IMG/VR virus record: IMGVR_UViG_3300005538_000001
From: a virus
Direction: 5' to 3' (one strand)
Length of the DNA: 64,000 nt
Part shown: in pieces, positions 32,174 to 42,046 of the stretch
Layout of the letters: every line of letters begins with the position of its first letter
Numbering within the stretch: position 1 is the first letter of the stretch
Translations under genes and position numbers: made by a program
The notes under the pieces: generated by a model
The model's input: only the letters and a program-made list of their open reading frames with translations
Databases searched by the model: none
What the model was told of the DNA's origin: nothing

Positions 32174-35100
32174 TTAGTGGACGGTTGCGGGCTTCTCGCC
32201 GCGGAGGCGCTGGACCTTTGCGTCGCGGGCCTGGATGGGAATTTCCTCGTATTGTTTCTTCATCAACTCTTGCGCCTGCATGTGGGCGGCCTTGACCGCA
32301 CCCTCGATAAGATCATGGCGGCGCTCGGGAGACATGATGTTAAAACTTGGGACGCTGATGATCCCCTGGATCCTCATCCGCATGGATCGGCCAACAATCC
32401 TGGCGTATTCGTCATATTGCTCATCCGTCAGTTTTTGACCGACCAGATGCCGCTGCGGCAATGCAGGATAGATGTGGAGGTCGTAGAGGGCCTTATCGAC
32501 CGGATCATCGGCGATGCGCTCGGAATAGGTGCCGAGCCAGCCGCGATTGGAGACCGGCTCGCCCCAGATATCGCGGCGCGGGAACAGTTCTTCGGACACG
32601 AACGGTATCTTGGCCTTGAACGCGTCCATGACCGTGCGCGCCTGGCGCGAGTAGGGGTCAACCTGCCGTGCGATCTGGCCCAAGCCGACCGAGAACGGCA
32701 GAAACGATGAGAAGAAATTGCGGACCCATGCCGCGCCGTAGCGGTCGTGATCATCGACGGCTCTCATAAGGTCAGTGAGACCGCGCATTGAGCTTTCATC
32801 GATGATGTTCGAGGAAAAAGCGTGCAGGAGGTTGGCGACGACGTTGCCTGCGTCCTCGCTCGTGAGCATGTGGGCTACGTGGTAGAGATCGGCCGCGACA
32901 CTCATCTGCAAGCCGAGCGGGCCGAGCCGCAGCATGTCGTAGCTCATGTGCCCGATGCGCAGTCCGTGCGGGAGGCCGTAGACCCGCTGCCATGCCTGCC
33001 GCTCCTTCGGGTCGGATGGACCGGAGTCATTCATCAGCCCCTCGGCTTTCAATCCGCCCGCCGCTATCATGAACGATGTTCCCGCCAGTATCTTGCCTGC
33101 GGCGCGGTCGAATGCGGGGCCGCCATTCTTCATCATCAGATCGTCGCGCACTTCCTGCGATAACAGCGCGAGCGGCGTGCCGCGGACCAGCCCGACCCTC
33201 TGAATATTTGCCGAGACTTGCACGAAGGGATCGATGAACTTGAGCGGGCGCAGCGTTCCGAGCGGCAACGATCGTTCGCCGCCGAGAGGAATGTCCGGCA
33301 GTTTCCAGCCGAAATTCGTTACGCGGGAAAGCCGCCCGGTGAAGCTGCCATATGGCGATCGGGTCATGAGCGCGCCCTCCTGCGCCTCAGTGCTCGCCAG
33401 CTTGACCATTTCGTCAGTCGGGCTCTGGGTGAGGTTGACGATGCGGTTGGTGAATGCGTCGCCTTGCAGTTTCTCCTTTACGGCCGTGCGAAACGCCTGC
33501 GCGGCGATCGATTGCGAATAGAACGTCGTCCAGTTGAAGCTATGCAGTGAAGCGATGAAGCGGCTTGGTGCTTCCATCACCGTCCCGATCGGAATGGTCA
33601 CGCCGCCGATCTCGGGATTGGGGATGGTTTGATGGACGCCAATACTCTGCCCCACAAAGCCGGGAAGGGTGGGCTGGCGTTCGACCTCGGGCGGGAGCAC
33701 CGTCCGGTTGGCCTTCCATGCCTGCCACGATGCCTTGATGCCGTCGCGGCTGCCTTTCATCATGCCGTAAAGCTGATGGGGCACCTCGCCGAAGCGCGCG
33801 TATTCCTCCGGGCCGAGTCCTGCGATATTTCTGAGGTTGCCGACCATGCCTGCGGCACCGGCTTCCCCGACCGCGCGGAATAGCCCGCTAGCGAGACCGG
33901 CAACCGTATAGCCAAAGTGCGTCCAGGGGCCGGAAAGAAGCCCGTTGATGAACCAGGCCTGAACCCAATCGAACAATCCCGGACGCGCGGTATCCCGCAT
34001 AAATTTGGAAACCTGGGACGGGGTTTCCATATTGGCGGCCTTCGTCGCGAGCTTTCGGAGCTGGTAGAGCGTGCGGCCCGTGCCCTCCATGACGATCGCG
34101 GATATTTCTCTCGCTTCCTTGGCGCCGGCGAGGTCGCGAAATGCGCGCAGAGCTCGGCCGGCTTCGGCGGTGATGCCCGATACCTGCTCCTGAATCATCC
34201 GGTGGCGGTCAGCCGCCTTGGCGAAGGCAATCACGGCAGCATCGTCGCCGCCGACAGCCTGGGCCGCAGCATCGCGCACGTATGTTGCCGATTGGACCAG
34301 CAGCTTGCGAGCCGCCATGATCCACTCTGCGCTCCACGCCTCGCCCTTGGCGCGCGCAGCGAGCTTGTCTGCGGTGTTCTGCATGCCGAGCGCGTCGGCT
34401 AGGTCGAGCACCTGCTTGTCGGAGATTTGACCCCGGCGGGCTTCGATGAAGCCTTCGTTCTGATCCGCCGCCTCGCGGAGAACCGCATTTACATCTTCGG
34501 GGGTATCGAGGTTGTCGAGGCGTATGTTTCCGGCTTTGTCGATGCTGGCAGATTCGGGTCGACCGAAACGTTCGTTTGATCCGGCGGGAGGCTCTGTGGG
34601 CCTTGCTGGCTCTGCTGCTGCCGCTGATACGCCAGCGCCATGTGCCGGAGTTTCACTTCCGCCCTCGCCGACCGTTCCAGGTTGCGGATGAACTCCGCCT
34701 TCTGCGGACTCAGGTCCGGGCGCAGTCCCATCACTTGGAGGTTCCTTACCTCCTGCCTCGCGTCGGCCAGTTCCTGCTGCAACGTCGCCAAGTCGCGCAT
34801 TCTGATCTTCCTCTACCAAATTCCGGCCGGCGAGGGAATCCCGTTCGTCACGAATTGTGTTGGCAGCATCGCGGGCATTCCCCGGTGGCGTCGTTTCCGC
34901 CACACCCTCGTGCTGGTCAGCGAAGGTTTTGGCCTGCTCGGTTTCGGGCGCAATCACTGCCTCCGGCTTCTCGGCGAGCATGCGATCAAATACGCCGCGG
35001 ATGTCATCGTTCATCCCGATCTTGACGCCAGATGCTTCTTCAATCCCCTTCACGGACTGATAGATCGAAACGAGCCAGTCCCGGAACTTGGCGAACACGG

Positions 35101-38100
35101 CGGCGAGGGCCTGTGACGGGGCTCGGCCCTCCAGCATGTACGCCTCGAAACCGCGGGCAAAGCGTTCGTGGTGGCTTCCCTTCACTCTCTCGGGAGAATC
35201 GACCCCGAGCCATTTGAAAGTGGCGTCGGCGATCTTGCGCAGAGCCTCGGGCGCGTCGGGATCCCTCGCATCCTTGAGCATCCGATCGAGCCAGTCATGG
35301 GCGGTCTCGTGGATGAAGGTCGAGGCATCGGCGTTCTTGAGCAGGGTGATGATGTTGGTCAGAGAGTCGCGGATGCGGATGCGGCCCTGGCGGAGCCTCT
35401 GGAAGAACGTTTCCTCCAGCGAGTAGGCAGGCTCCTCCTCCGCGCCGCCCGCTTGCGGCTCCGGCCCTGGCCCTGGTCCCGGCTCGACCTCCTGCGGTTC
35501 CGCGCCCTCCTCCGGCTCTGGGCCTTCTGGTTCACGCCTTCGCCATTCCTCGCCGTACCTGAATTGCTTTTCGCCTCTGTTCTCCCGGTCGATCAGGTCG
35601 AGCAGATCGCCGTGGTAAAGCATGGATTCTGTGCCGGCGATGTCGCCAGCATCGTGCATGAACCCGCCTTCCTTCGCGGCCTGGATTGCCTGATCGAGCG
35701 TCATCCCTTTCTCGCGGACCAGCGCGCCGAAGCCGGGAATAAACTTGTTGGACTGGCCAAGGATGGCGTGCACGTCGCCGTTGGGTTTCAATCCTCCCTT
35801 GCTGGCCAGGAACTCGAGCAGCGTATGCGGCTCGCGCTGCTTGCGCTTGCCGAACTCAGCGCGGCGGGCGAGCTTCGCTTCCTTCTCGCCCAGTATTTCC
35901 GGGGCTTCCCGCTCGTACATCTCCGCGGCTGTGCCTTTGCGGCCCTCGAACCTTGCGGCGCGGGTTTCCCAGTAGGCCTGGACAATGGCAGCAGCAGCGC
36001 GGGCTTCCGCTTCAGGGCGGCCGGCGGCCATGAGCCGTTGGGCTACATCATCGGCAATGTTGATGGCGGGCTTGGCTGCGGTCTCCTGCGCGGGTTGAGC
36101 TTCGGGAGGGACCGCTTGTGCCGGCCCGGCTCGTTCAACCGCGGCGTCTCCGAACCGCTTGCGCACATACGCATCAACTGCGTCGGTAGAATACCCAAGC
36201 GTCAATCCGGTCTGAGTATGGTATTTGATCTGATCCTCGACGGCACCCTTGAATGGAGGGTCATGAAACAGATCAATCAGCTGCTTTGCGCGGGCTTCCT
36301 CGCCTGGCTTGTACCAGACGGTGACTGGGCTGCCGTCCTTATTCGCTCCAGTGAGCGAGGGGTATTTATCAAACTCTGCCGCTCGTTCGCCGAAAAGCGA
36401 ATCCAGCGACTTGCGGGTCGCATTTTCGTAAACGGGCTTATTCCCATCGAGGAACCATATTCCGGTGTCGTCGACCTTGCCGGACGGCGTTTCCAGCTTG
36501 GTGTTGCGGAATTGCGGAGGCACCGCGTGTGCTGAATCGTCCAGGGCCGGACCCTTGTTCTCCCCTTTGTGATGCCCGATCGCGCTTTCAGGATCGACGT
36601 GTGGATTCGGTGGCGGGTTCTCTGCCTTCTCGTGCTCAATCGAGGACAGGAACCCATCCATCTCCTTGGTGTAGCCGTCCCAACTCACGCCATCGGCTTG
36701 AACGGCCGCGCGCTCGGCCGGAGTGGCGACCTTGGTATGGGCATCGTCATAGGACATGCCCTCGGCCATCGCCTTGCGCTCGGCGGTCTCGTGGATGGTC
36801 AGATATTTGTGCAGGTTCGCGGGGTTGCCTTCTCCATCCCTCAGCGTCGGTGAAAGCTCGGGGATCCGCGGGTCGATGTAGACGGGGCCGTTGGGGTCCT
36901 TTGAGGCGACGGCGCCGGAGCGGACGTCGTGGGAGGTGTCGACTTTTGGGGCGCCCGCTTGCGTGGCGGCTTCGGCTGCGGGCTCAGGTCCACCCCGTGG
37001 CCCCTCAGTGCCGCCTTCGGCAGCGGGTGCTTCGGCAGGAACGGTGCCCTCGGCCGCCGGTTGGGCTTGCGCTGCTTCGGGCGCACCGGGCGTGGCGGGG
37101 CCTGCTTCGACGGGCGCGGGGGCGGGAGGTCGGCCACCTTGTTCCTCCGTTGGCTCAGGCGCTTTGGACTGCGCATCGCGGTAGGCTTGCTGCACCTGCG
37201 GCGCGAGCTCCGTCATCTCGGTTTGCGTCTGGCGCAGCCGCTCGCGCACCAGTGCTGTGCCTTTGGGCTCCGCTCCAGTCTCGTCGAGTTCGCCGGCCCA
37301 TTTCTGAAACGTGTCGCGGCGGGCGAGCAGGGTGTCCCATCGCTCGAACAGTTGCGGGTTGGCTTGGCGGGCGACGGCATGAATGTCCGTGGCGGCTGCT
37401 GGGGCTGGGGCTGCGGCGGCCGGCTGCTCGGGGATATGAAACAGGGTCGGCGGGATGCCCTTTGGAGCGCCGGGGGTGATGACGATCCGCCCCTCGCGCA
37501 CGCCTTCCGGCTCGCCGGACGCAGGCTTCAGCACGGCGGCCAAAGCAGGGGGCGGCACCTCCTCGGGCTTAGGCTCGGCAACGCCCTTCCATGCAGCTTC
37601 CCCACCGCCGATGATGCCAAGCTCGCGGGCCTCGCCAAGATCGAGCGGCTTGCGCAGGGCGCGGGTCGGTACGCCCATCCGCGTGCCTGCCGCGCCCATC
37701 TCGAGACCGAAGAAGGGGAAGGCTTCGGGGATCGCCGCGAGTTCCCTACCCAGTCCGGGCGCCCCGACTTCCTCACCTGCCTTCGCAACAGCGGCTTGGG
37801 CGCCCGCGGTCAGCGCTCCGAGCGCATGAAACGGAGCCTCGGCCAGCGTCATGGCCGGATACGTCCATTCGGGCAGGATCGCGTTCATCGCGGCCGGGCG
37901 CATGAAGGCTTCGTTGAAGCCCTTGGCCTGCTGGCGGTGCGCCTCGTAATACTCGTTATAGACGCCCATTTTTCTCAAGTATTCGGCGGTCTCATCCGAA
38001 AGCCACGGCCGCGCGCCCCAATCATCCTTGGCGCCCTGCCCGAATGCGTCCATCACGTTGCCGATCTTCGTGGCAGAGCTAAACATGAAATCGTGGACGG

Positions 38101-38248
38101 GAGATGCCTTCGAGCCGAAGAGGGACCAGATCGAGCCGCGATACTTCATTGCCTCGGGAGAGAACAATTCGTCCACGTATGGCGGCTCGGTCTGGCCGCC
38201 GCCATCGTCCTTGAACAGTTCGTCCAGAAACGGTGGATCGTCCGCCAT
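32174..38248 (-). CDS. giant (2024-aa) internal-virion / polyvalent-type protein with HExxH motif
   Basis: Start trimmed to ATG 38248 (TGATG overlap with the upstream stop). HETAH lies at 35297-35311 in FIHETAHDWLDRM...HHERFARGFEAYMLEG. Several Pro/Ala/Glu linkers and a large conserved-looking C-terminal region. Confidence 0.6.
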   Translation of the reverse strand: MADDPPFLDELFKDDGGGQTEPPYVDELFSPEAMKYRGSIWSLFGSKASPVHDFMFSSATKIGNVMDAFGQGAKDDWGARPWLSDETAEYLRKMGVYNEYYEAHRQQAKGFNEAFMRPAAMNAILPEWTYPAMTLAEAPFHALGALTAGAQAAVAKAGEEVGAPGLGRELAAIPEAFPFFGLEMGAAGTRMGVPTRALRKPLDLGEARELGIIGGGEAAWKGVAEPKPEEVPPPALAAVLKPASGEPEGVREGRIVITPGAPKGIPPTLFHIPEQPAAAAPAPAAATDIHAVARQANPQLFERWDTLLARRDTFQKWAGELDETGAEPKGTALVRERLRQTQTEMTELAPQVQQAYRDAQSKAPEPTEEQGGRPPAPAPVEAGPATPGAPEAAQAQPAAEGTVPAEAPAAEGGTEGPRGGPEPAAEAATQAGAPKVDTSHDVRSGAVASKDPNGPVYIDPRIPELSPTLRDGEGNPANLHKYLTIHETAERKAMAEGMSYDDAHTKVATPAERAAVQADGVSWDGYTKEMDGFLSSIEHEKAENPPPNPHVDPESAIGHHKGENKGPALDDSAHAVPPQFRNTKLETPSGKVDDTGIWFLDGNKPVYENATRKSLDSLFGERAAEFDKYPSLTGANKDGSPVTVWYKPGEEARAKQLIDLFHDPPFKGAVEDQIKYHTQTGLTLGYSTDAVDAYVRKRFGDAAVERAGPAQAVPPEAQPAQETAAKPAINIADDVAQRLMAAGRPEAEARAAAAIVQAYWETRAARFEGRKGTAAEMYEREAPEILGEKEAKLARRAEFGKRKQREPHTLLEFLASKGGLKPNGDVHAILGQSNKFIPGFGALVREKGMTLDQAIQAAKEGGFMHDAGDIAGTESMLYHGDLLDLIDRENRGEKQFRYGEEWRRREPEGPEPEEGAEPQEVEPGPGPGPEPQAGGAEEEPAYSLEETFFQRLRQGRIRIRDSLTNIITLLKNADASTFIHETAHDWLDRMLKDARDPDAPEALRKIADATFKWLGVDSPERVKGSHHERFARGFEAYMLEGRAPSQALAAVFAKFRDWLVSIYQSVKGIEEASGVKIGMNDDIRGVFDRMLAEKPEAVIAPETEQAKTFADQHEGVAETTPPGNARDAANTIRDERDSLAGRNLVEEDQNARLGDVAAGTGRREAGGKEPPSDGTAPGPESAEGGVHPQPGTVGEGGSETPAHGAGVSAAAAEPARPTEPPAGSNERFGRPESASIDKAGNIRLDNLDTPEDVNAVLREAADQNEGFIEARRGQISDKQVLDLADALGMQNTADKLAARAKGEAWSAEWIMAARKLLVQSATYVRDAAAQAVGGDDAAVIAFAKAADRHRMIQEQVSGITAEAGRALRAFRDLAGAKEAREISAIVMEGTGRTLYQLRKLATKAANMETPSQVSKFMRDTARPGLFDWVQAWFINGLLSGPWTHFGYTVAGLASGLFRAVGEAGAAGMVGNLRNIAGLGPEEYARFGEVPHQLYGMMKGSRDGIKASWQAWKANRTVLPPEVERQPTLPGFVGQSIGVHQTIPNPEIGGVTIPIGTVMEAPSRFIASLHSFNWTTFYSQSIAAQAFRTAVKEKLQGDAFTNRIVNLTQSPTDEMVKLASTEAQEGALMTRSPYGSFTGRLSRVTNFGWKLPDIPLGGERSLPLGTLRPLKFIDPFVQVSANIQRVGLVRGTPLALLSQEVRDDLMMKNGGPAFDRAAGKILAGTSFMIAAGGLKAEGLMNDSGPSDPKERQAWQRVYGLPHGLRIGHMSYDMLRLGPLGLQMSVAADLYHVAHMLTSEDAGNVVANLLHAFSSNIIDESSMRGLTDLMRAVDDHDRYGAAWVRNFFSSFLPFSVGLGQIARQVDPYSRQARTVMDAFKAKIPFVSEELFPRRDIWGEPVSNRGWLGTYSERIADDPVDKALYDLHIYPALPQRHLVGQKLTDEQYDEYARIVGRSMRMRIQGIISVPSFNIMSPERRHDLIEGAVKAAHMQAQELMKKQYEEIPIQARDAKVQRLRGEKPATVH

Positions 38249-40632
38249 CACTGGCTCATCGGCACGGTTTGTTCGGGAGGCGCGGGAGGCGGTGCTGGCC
38301 TGCGCCTCGCCCATCCGCGCTCGACGGCAAGGTCATCCCTCTGCTGCTGGGTGATCTGGCCAGCCTTAAACGCGCGGATCGCATCGTCCACGGTTTTGAT
38401 GGAATTGATGTCGAATGGCAGTTCAGGACGCGCGCCGGGCGTTCCCTTCGTGGCCTCCGGGTTGTCGTTGATGATGTCGTTGTTCCACTCGCTCATGGGT
38501 CTGCGATAGTGGTCAACCATCTTGCCGAGATAATTGGGGTTCTTGTCGTCGAACAACTCGAACGGGCTCTTGCCGGGATTGGCTTTCTGCCATTCCTCCA
38601 GTTGCTTGAGCACGTTCAGCTGAAACTGCGCAAACAGGTGATCGCCGCGAATGTCCTTGGTGTGGAACTCTTCGTTGGCTCCTGAGATGTAGCGTTTCTG
38701 TTCGAGGAAGAACGATCGCTCCAATTCGGCGATCCTGCGGCCGTCATCGGTGCCCATCTTGTGCAATTGACCGACCAGCTTGTCCGCGCCGGCAACCGTC
38801 AGCTTGCCATCCCTGACCATCGCGTAAATCTCGTTAGGGTCACTGATGTGGCGCGGGTCGGTGTCGGGCGCGTGAATGCGCAGATAGGTCTCGGTGAAGT
38901 CGGGTCCGTCAATCTTGGCTATCTTTCCTTCGGACACCGCCAGTAGTTGGTGGGTCAGTTCCTTCGAGGCCGCCATCGAGAGATTCGGATTGTCCCTGAT
39001 CTCGTCAAGGGTGGGCAGCTTGGACGGATCGTTGCCGTGGATGCGGAAAAACAGATCGTGCTCGGCGGCGTCGCTTGCTTCCTTCTGCTGCTTCTGTTGA
39101 AGGGTCTGTGCGCGCTCCATGAGCGAGATGCGGCCCATCGCACGCTGCAACACTTCCCGTTGTAACTCGGGTCGGCCGATGAACGCCGGGTCTTGCATAA
39201 TGCGAGCTGCGACCTCGCCTGAATCTGGCATGCCGGCGGGTTCGCCCCGGTTGGCCGCAATGTTCTTCTGGAACCGCGCTACCCATGAGCCGGTCGCGGC
39301 GTTCGGCTCGATCCCGCCCGGCGCCGATGTCCATTCCCCGCTCATGGTGTGCCCGAGCGCGTTGAGGAACGCCGGATCTTGCGAGTGGAATTTCAGGTCC
39401 TCGTCGAGATCGCCAGAAAGCCCCTGGAACCCTCGAAACAGCGGGCCACGATAGGCGCGCGAATAGAGTTCCTGGGTTTTGTGCAGTGCCCATTGGTCCT
39501 GTGACTGCGGCGTGATGTCTGAAAGGCCATAACGCCCCTTGTCCTGGTCCCAAGTCGTCGCCGTAATCTGGTATGGACCGAACGCGGATGTCTTTTCCCC
39601 GGCGTGTGGGCCGTGCTCAATCGGAAAGAACACCCGCGGATGTTCGGAATAGTCGAAATCCGGTCGCACCTGACCGATGCTGCGGCCTGTGTAAAGTTCA
39701 TCGTAGCCGCCGTGTACCGTTTCTCCTTGCCGGATGGTATCGAGCAGGCCGCGTCTTTCGGGAGAGATGCCCGGAGCGACCGTGCGGCCAGACGGGGCCA
39801 TCATGATATCGGTGATATTCTCAACCGTGCGATTGTGGTTCCTTGTATTCAGGAACTTGGAAATGGCGAGCCGGGAATCAGGGTCCACACTCGCGCCATA
39901 TCGATTATAAAGTTGTTGGGCGTGAGTGAGCGCGTCCGGGTCCTTGTCGTTGGTCGCCGCCGTCTCCACCCAGTTCTTGAGCGCCTGGCCCCTATATTTG
40001 GAGACCTGCACCCCGAGGGTCTGCGGGTCGTAGCCTTGCGGATCGTAGTAGTTGTGCGCCTCGATATCGATCCGGCGCATCTCCTCGTCGGTTTTGTTCT
40101 GGTCCAAGTTCTGGACGGCGAGCCCTCCCACTCCGATCGCGGCCGTGATGTTGTCGTGTGCGGTCTGCGTCGCCCACGCCGTGTGCTGAGTGTCGGCGTG
40201 CCGCGTCCCGATCCCATAGAACCAGTCCATGGACCTGCGGGTATTGGTCGCAACCATCGTGCGAGCCTGATCGCTGCCCGCTTGCGCTTCCGCCTGCTGC
40301 TGGAGGTTCTGGAGGTCCTGCTTGAACTTGGGAAGTGCGTTGAGTGCGGACTGGCCCTGCAACTGGGAATACTTGGTGACGAGATCCGTTGCCTGATCGG
40401 TGAACCAGGAATGCAGCTGGCTCGCGTGGATCTGGTTGTTGAGGTTCTGCTTCTCGGTAAGATACCCGAGCCCCGCCTCTCCTGCGCTCTCAACCCCTTG
40501 CCCAAGCCGTTCCGCCGAGCGGGCGATGAGCCCGCCGAACATCTCGGGCGTGGCCTCGATATGCTGGTAATCGCCTCCTGGTGCCCCAATCGGCGACACC
40601 TCGGGGACGGGATCGAAGGCGAAGCGGGCCAT
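38248..40632 (-). CDS. internal virion protein with lambda-R/GH104-type lytic transglycosylase domain
   Basis: 794 aa. IRQGETVHGGYDELY...DYSEHPRVFF...TSAFGPYQITATTWDQ...LSDITPQSQDQWAL (about 39433-39750) matches the lambda lysozyme-like pattern (EG..Y...HP...AaGrYQ...tW...FsP..QD..A). Confidence 0.7.
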   Translation of the reverse strand: MARFAFDPVPEVSPIGAPGGDYQHIEATPEMFGGLIARSAERLGQGVESAGEAGLGYLTEKQNLNNQIHASQLHSWFTDQATDLVTKYSQLQGQSALNALPKFKQDLQNLQQQAEAQAGSDQARTMVATNTRRSMDWFYGIGTRHADTQHTAWATQTAHDNITAAIGVGGLAVQNLDQNKTDEEMRRIDIEAHNYYDPQGYDPQTLGVQVSKYRGQALKNWVETAATNDKDPDALTHAQQLYNRYGASVDPDSRLAISKFLNTRNHNRTVENITDIMMAPSGRTVAPGISPERRGLLDTIRQGETVHGGYDELYTGRSIGQVRPDFDYSEHPRVFFPIEHGPHAGEKTSAFGPYQITATTWDQDKGRYGLSDITPQSQDQWALHKTQELYSRAYRGPLFRGFQGLSGDLDEDLKFHSQDPAFLNALGHTMSGEWTSAPGGIEPNAATGSWVARFQKNIAANRGEPAGMPDSGEVAARIMQDPAFIGRPELQREVLQRAMGRISLMERAQTLQQKQQKEASDAAEHDLFFRIHGNDPSKLPTLDEIRDNPNLSMAASKELTHQLLAVSEGKIAKIDGPDFTETYLRIHAPDTDPRHISDPNEIYAMVRDGKLTVAGADKLVGQLHKMGTDDGRRIAELERSFFLEQKRYISGANEEFHTKDIRGDHLFAQFQLNVLKQLEEWQKANPGKSPFELFDDKNPNYLGKMVDHYRRPMSEWNNDIINDNPEATKGTPGARPELPFDINSIKTVDDAIRAFKAGQITQQQRDDLAVERGWARRRPAPPPAPPEQTVPMSQ

Positions 40633-40633
40633 G

Positions 40634-41179
40634 TCAGGACAGCAGGTTCAGCGGCTTGTTTGATGATCCGAGCGACCAGTTGGCGTATTTGGACCCAACG
40701 CTCGAAGCGCCGGAAAGCAGGGTCCCCATCGCCCCGATATCTCCCGCGGTCGTCGCCTGCGAACCTTCCTGAGTCAGCAGGCCAGCCTGCGCGATGTCGC
40801 TCCCGCTCGCGACCTCGTAGCCATATGTTTTCTTCGCCGTGTTCGAGCGGATGGTCATTGCGTCGAGCGCACCCAGTTCCGTCTCGGCTGTGCGCACCGC
40901 GGCGGTGGAACCCGTGTTGACATCGACGCCGGATGCCCCCTGCGCCGCCTTGGTCGAGGCGACCTTCGCCGCGGTCTTCATCCCCTCGGCGGCAACCTGA
41001 GACTCGCCCGCTCCCGCTTCCCAGGCCGCGTTCTGTTGAGCGATAGCGGCATTGTTTTGCGCGACCTGCGCTTGATAGGCAGCCATCTGCGAGGTGGCTT
41101 GGCCGGATTCGTACTGGCCGAACGCGGAGACGCCAGCGCCGGCAAGGCCAAGGCCAAGAAGAGCCGTGGAGAGGCCCAT
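40634..41179 (-). CDS. Ala/Gly/Gln-rich internal virion (ejection) protein, putative
   Basis: 181 aa with a hydrophobic N-terminus (MGLSTALLGLGLAGAGVSAF). The call rests on its position upstream of the transglycosylase protein. Confidence 0.4.
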   Translation of the reverse strand: MGLSTALLGLGLAGAGVSAFGQYESGQATSQMAAYQAQVAQNNAAIAQQNAAWEAGAGESQVAAEGMKTAAKVASTKAAQGASGVDVNTGSTAAVRTAETELGALDAMTIRSNTAKKTYGYEVASGSDIAQAGLLTQEGSQATTAGDIGAMGTLLSGASSVGSKYANWSLGSSNKPLNLLS

Positions 41180-41659
41180 TCAGGCGGCTCCTATGTGGAA
41201 CCGTCGGAAAACCTCCTGCCTGGGGCCAAATGGCCGCGGTGGATCGACGACAAATCCGAGGACTTCGAGAAAGCGCACCGCACGCTGGTAGCGAGCCGCC
41301 ACCATGTTCTCGAGCCGCGGCTTGACAGCGAGCATCCGGGCAACCTGCCTCCTTCCCTCGCGCACGAATGTCACGGGGATTGCCTCTACCGCATTGGTGG
41401 TGACAAGCCACGGCTCACCGCAATCGGAAAGCATGTCCGCACAGAGCCCCCACATTGCCGCAATCTCGCCGTCAACAAACGCGGTTCCGGCAAACAGGGA
41501 ATGGCGGAAAGTCATGCGCAGGAGCCTCCGCGGATCGGCGCCAAGCGCGATAGCCTCTGCCCTGTCGTCCGCTCTCATCTCGCGCGCAAGCGCGTACACA
41601 TGGGCGATCGTGGCAGGGACGATTGCGCACCTCACATCTGATGGATGTATTCGACACAA
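41180..41659 (-). CDS. hypothetical (T7 gp13-position, acetyltransferase-like fold?)
   Basis: 159-aa ORF. The call is by position only; I see no diagnostic motif. Confidence 0.35.
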   Translation of the reverse strand: MCRIHPSDVRCAIVPATIAHVYALAREMRADDRAEAIALGADPRRLLRMTFRHSLFAGTAFVDGEIAAMWGLCADMLSDCGEPWLVTTNAVEAIPVTFVREGRRQVARMLAVKPRLENMVAARYQRAVRFLEVLGFVVDPPRPFGPRQEVFRRFHIGAA

Positions 41660-41844
41660 TGGTCATCGGGAGAGATGCGTGGAAAATAGGTGAAGATCGT
41701 CCATTCGCGTTCCCGGTGGATTTCCCCCGTCTCGTTTTGGCGCGTGTTGCGCCAATCCGACACTGCGGTCGCCTGCGGCGGATGGCGCCGGCATTCGAGC
41801 ACGCCGTCGTTCATGTAGCTTGCGGTACAGGTCCTGCAGGTCAT
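41632..41844 (-). CDS. small Cys-containing hypothetical protein
   Basis: 70-aa ORF, MTCRTCTASYMNDGVLECRRHPP... Confidence 0.35.
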   Translation of the reverse strand: MTCRTCTASYMNDGVLECRRHPPQATAVSDWRNTRQNETGEIHREREWTIFTYFPRISPDDHCVEYIHQM

Positions 41845-41851
41845 CTGATCC

Positions 41852-42046
41852 TCAATGCTGCTTTCTTCCGTTCTCGCCAGCCTCGCGGCCGTCCATGCTG
41901 TGATGGACGATCACGCCCTCGTCATTGTCCGGGCCGCACCAGCAGCGATCGTCGAGAGTGTGTGGCCTGAGATCGCTCACGGGCAGGACATGGATGACGC
42001 CGCCGAATTCGACCGCCTGCCACCCGCACATGGATAGTAGCCTCAC
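41852..42046 (-). CDS. small hypothetical protein
   Basis: 64 aa. HTLDDRCWCGPDNDEGVIVHHSMDGRE is a motif recurrent in small phage proteins. 4-nt overlap with the upstream gene. Confidence 0.45.
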   Translation of the reverse strand: MRLLSMCGWQAVEFGGVIHVLPVSDLRPHTLDDRCWCGPDNDEGVIVHHSMDGREAGENGRKQH

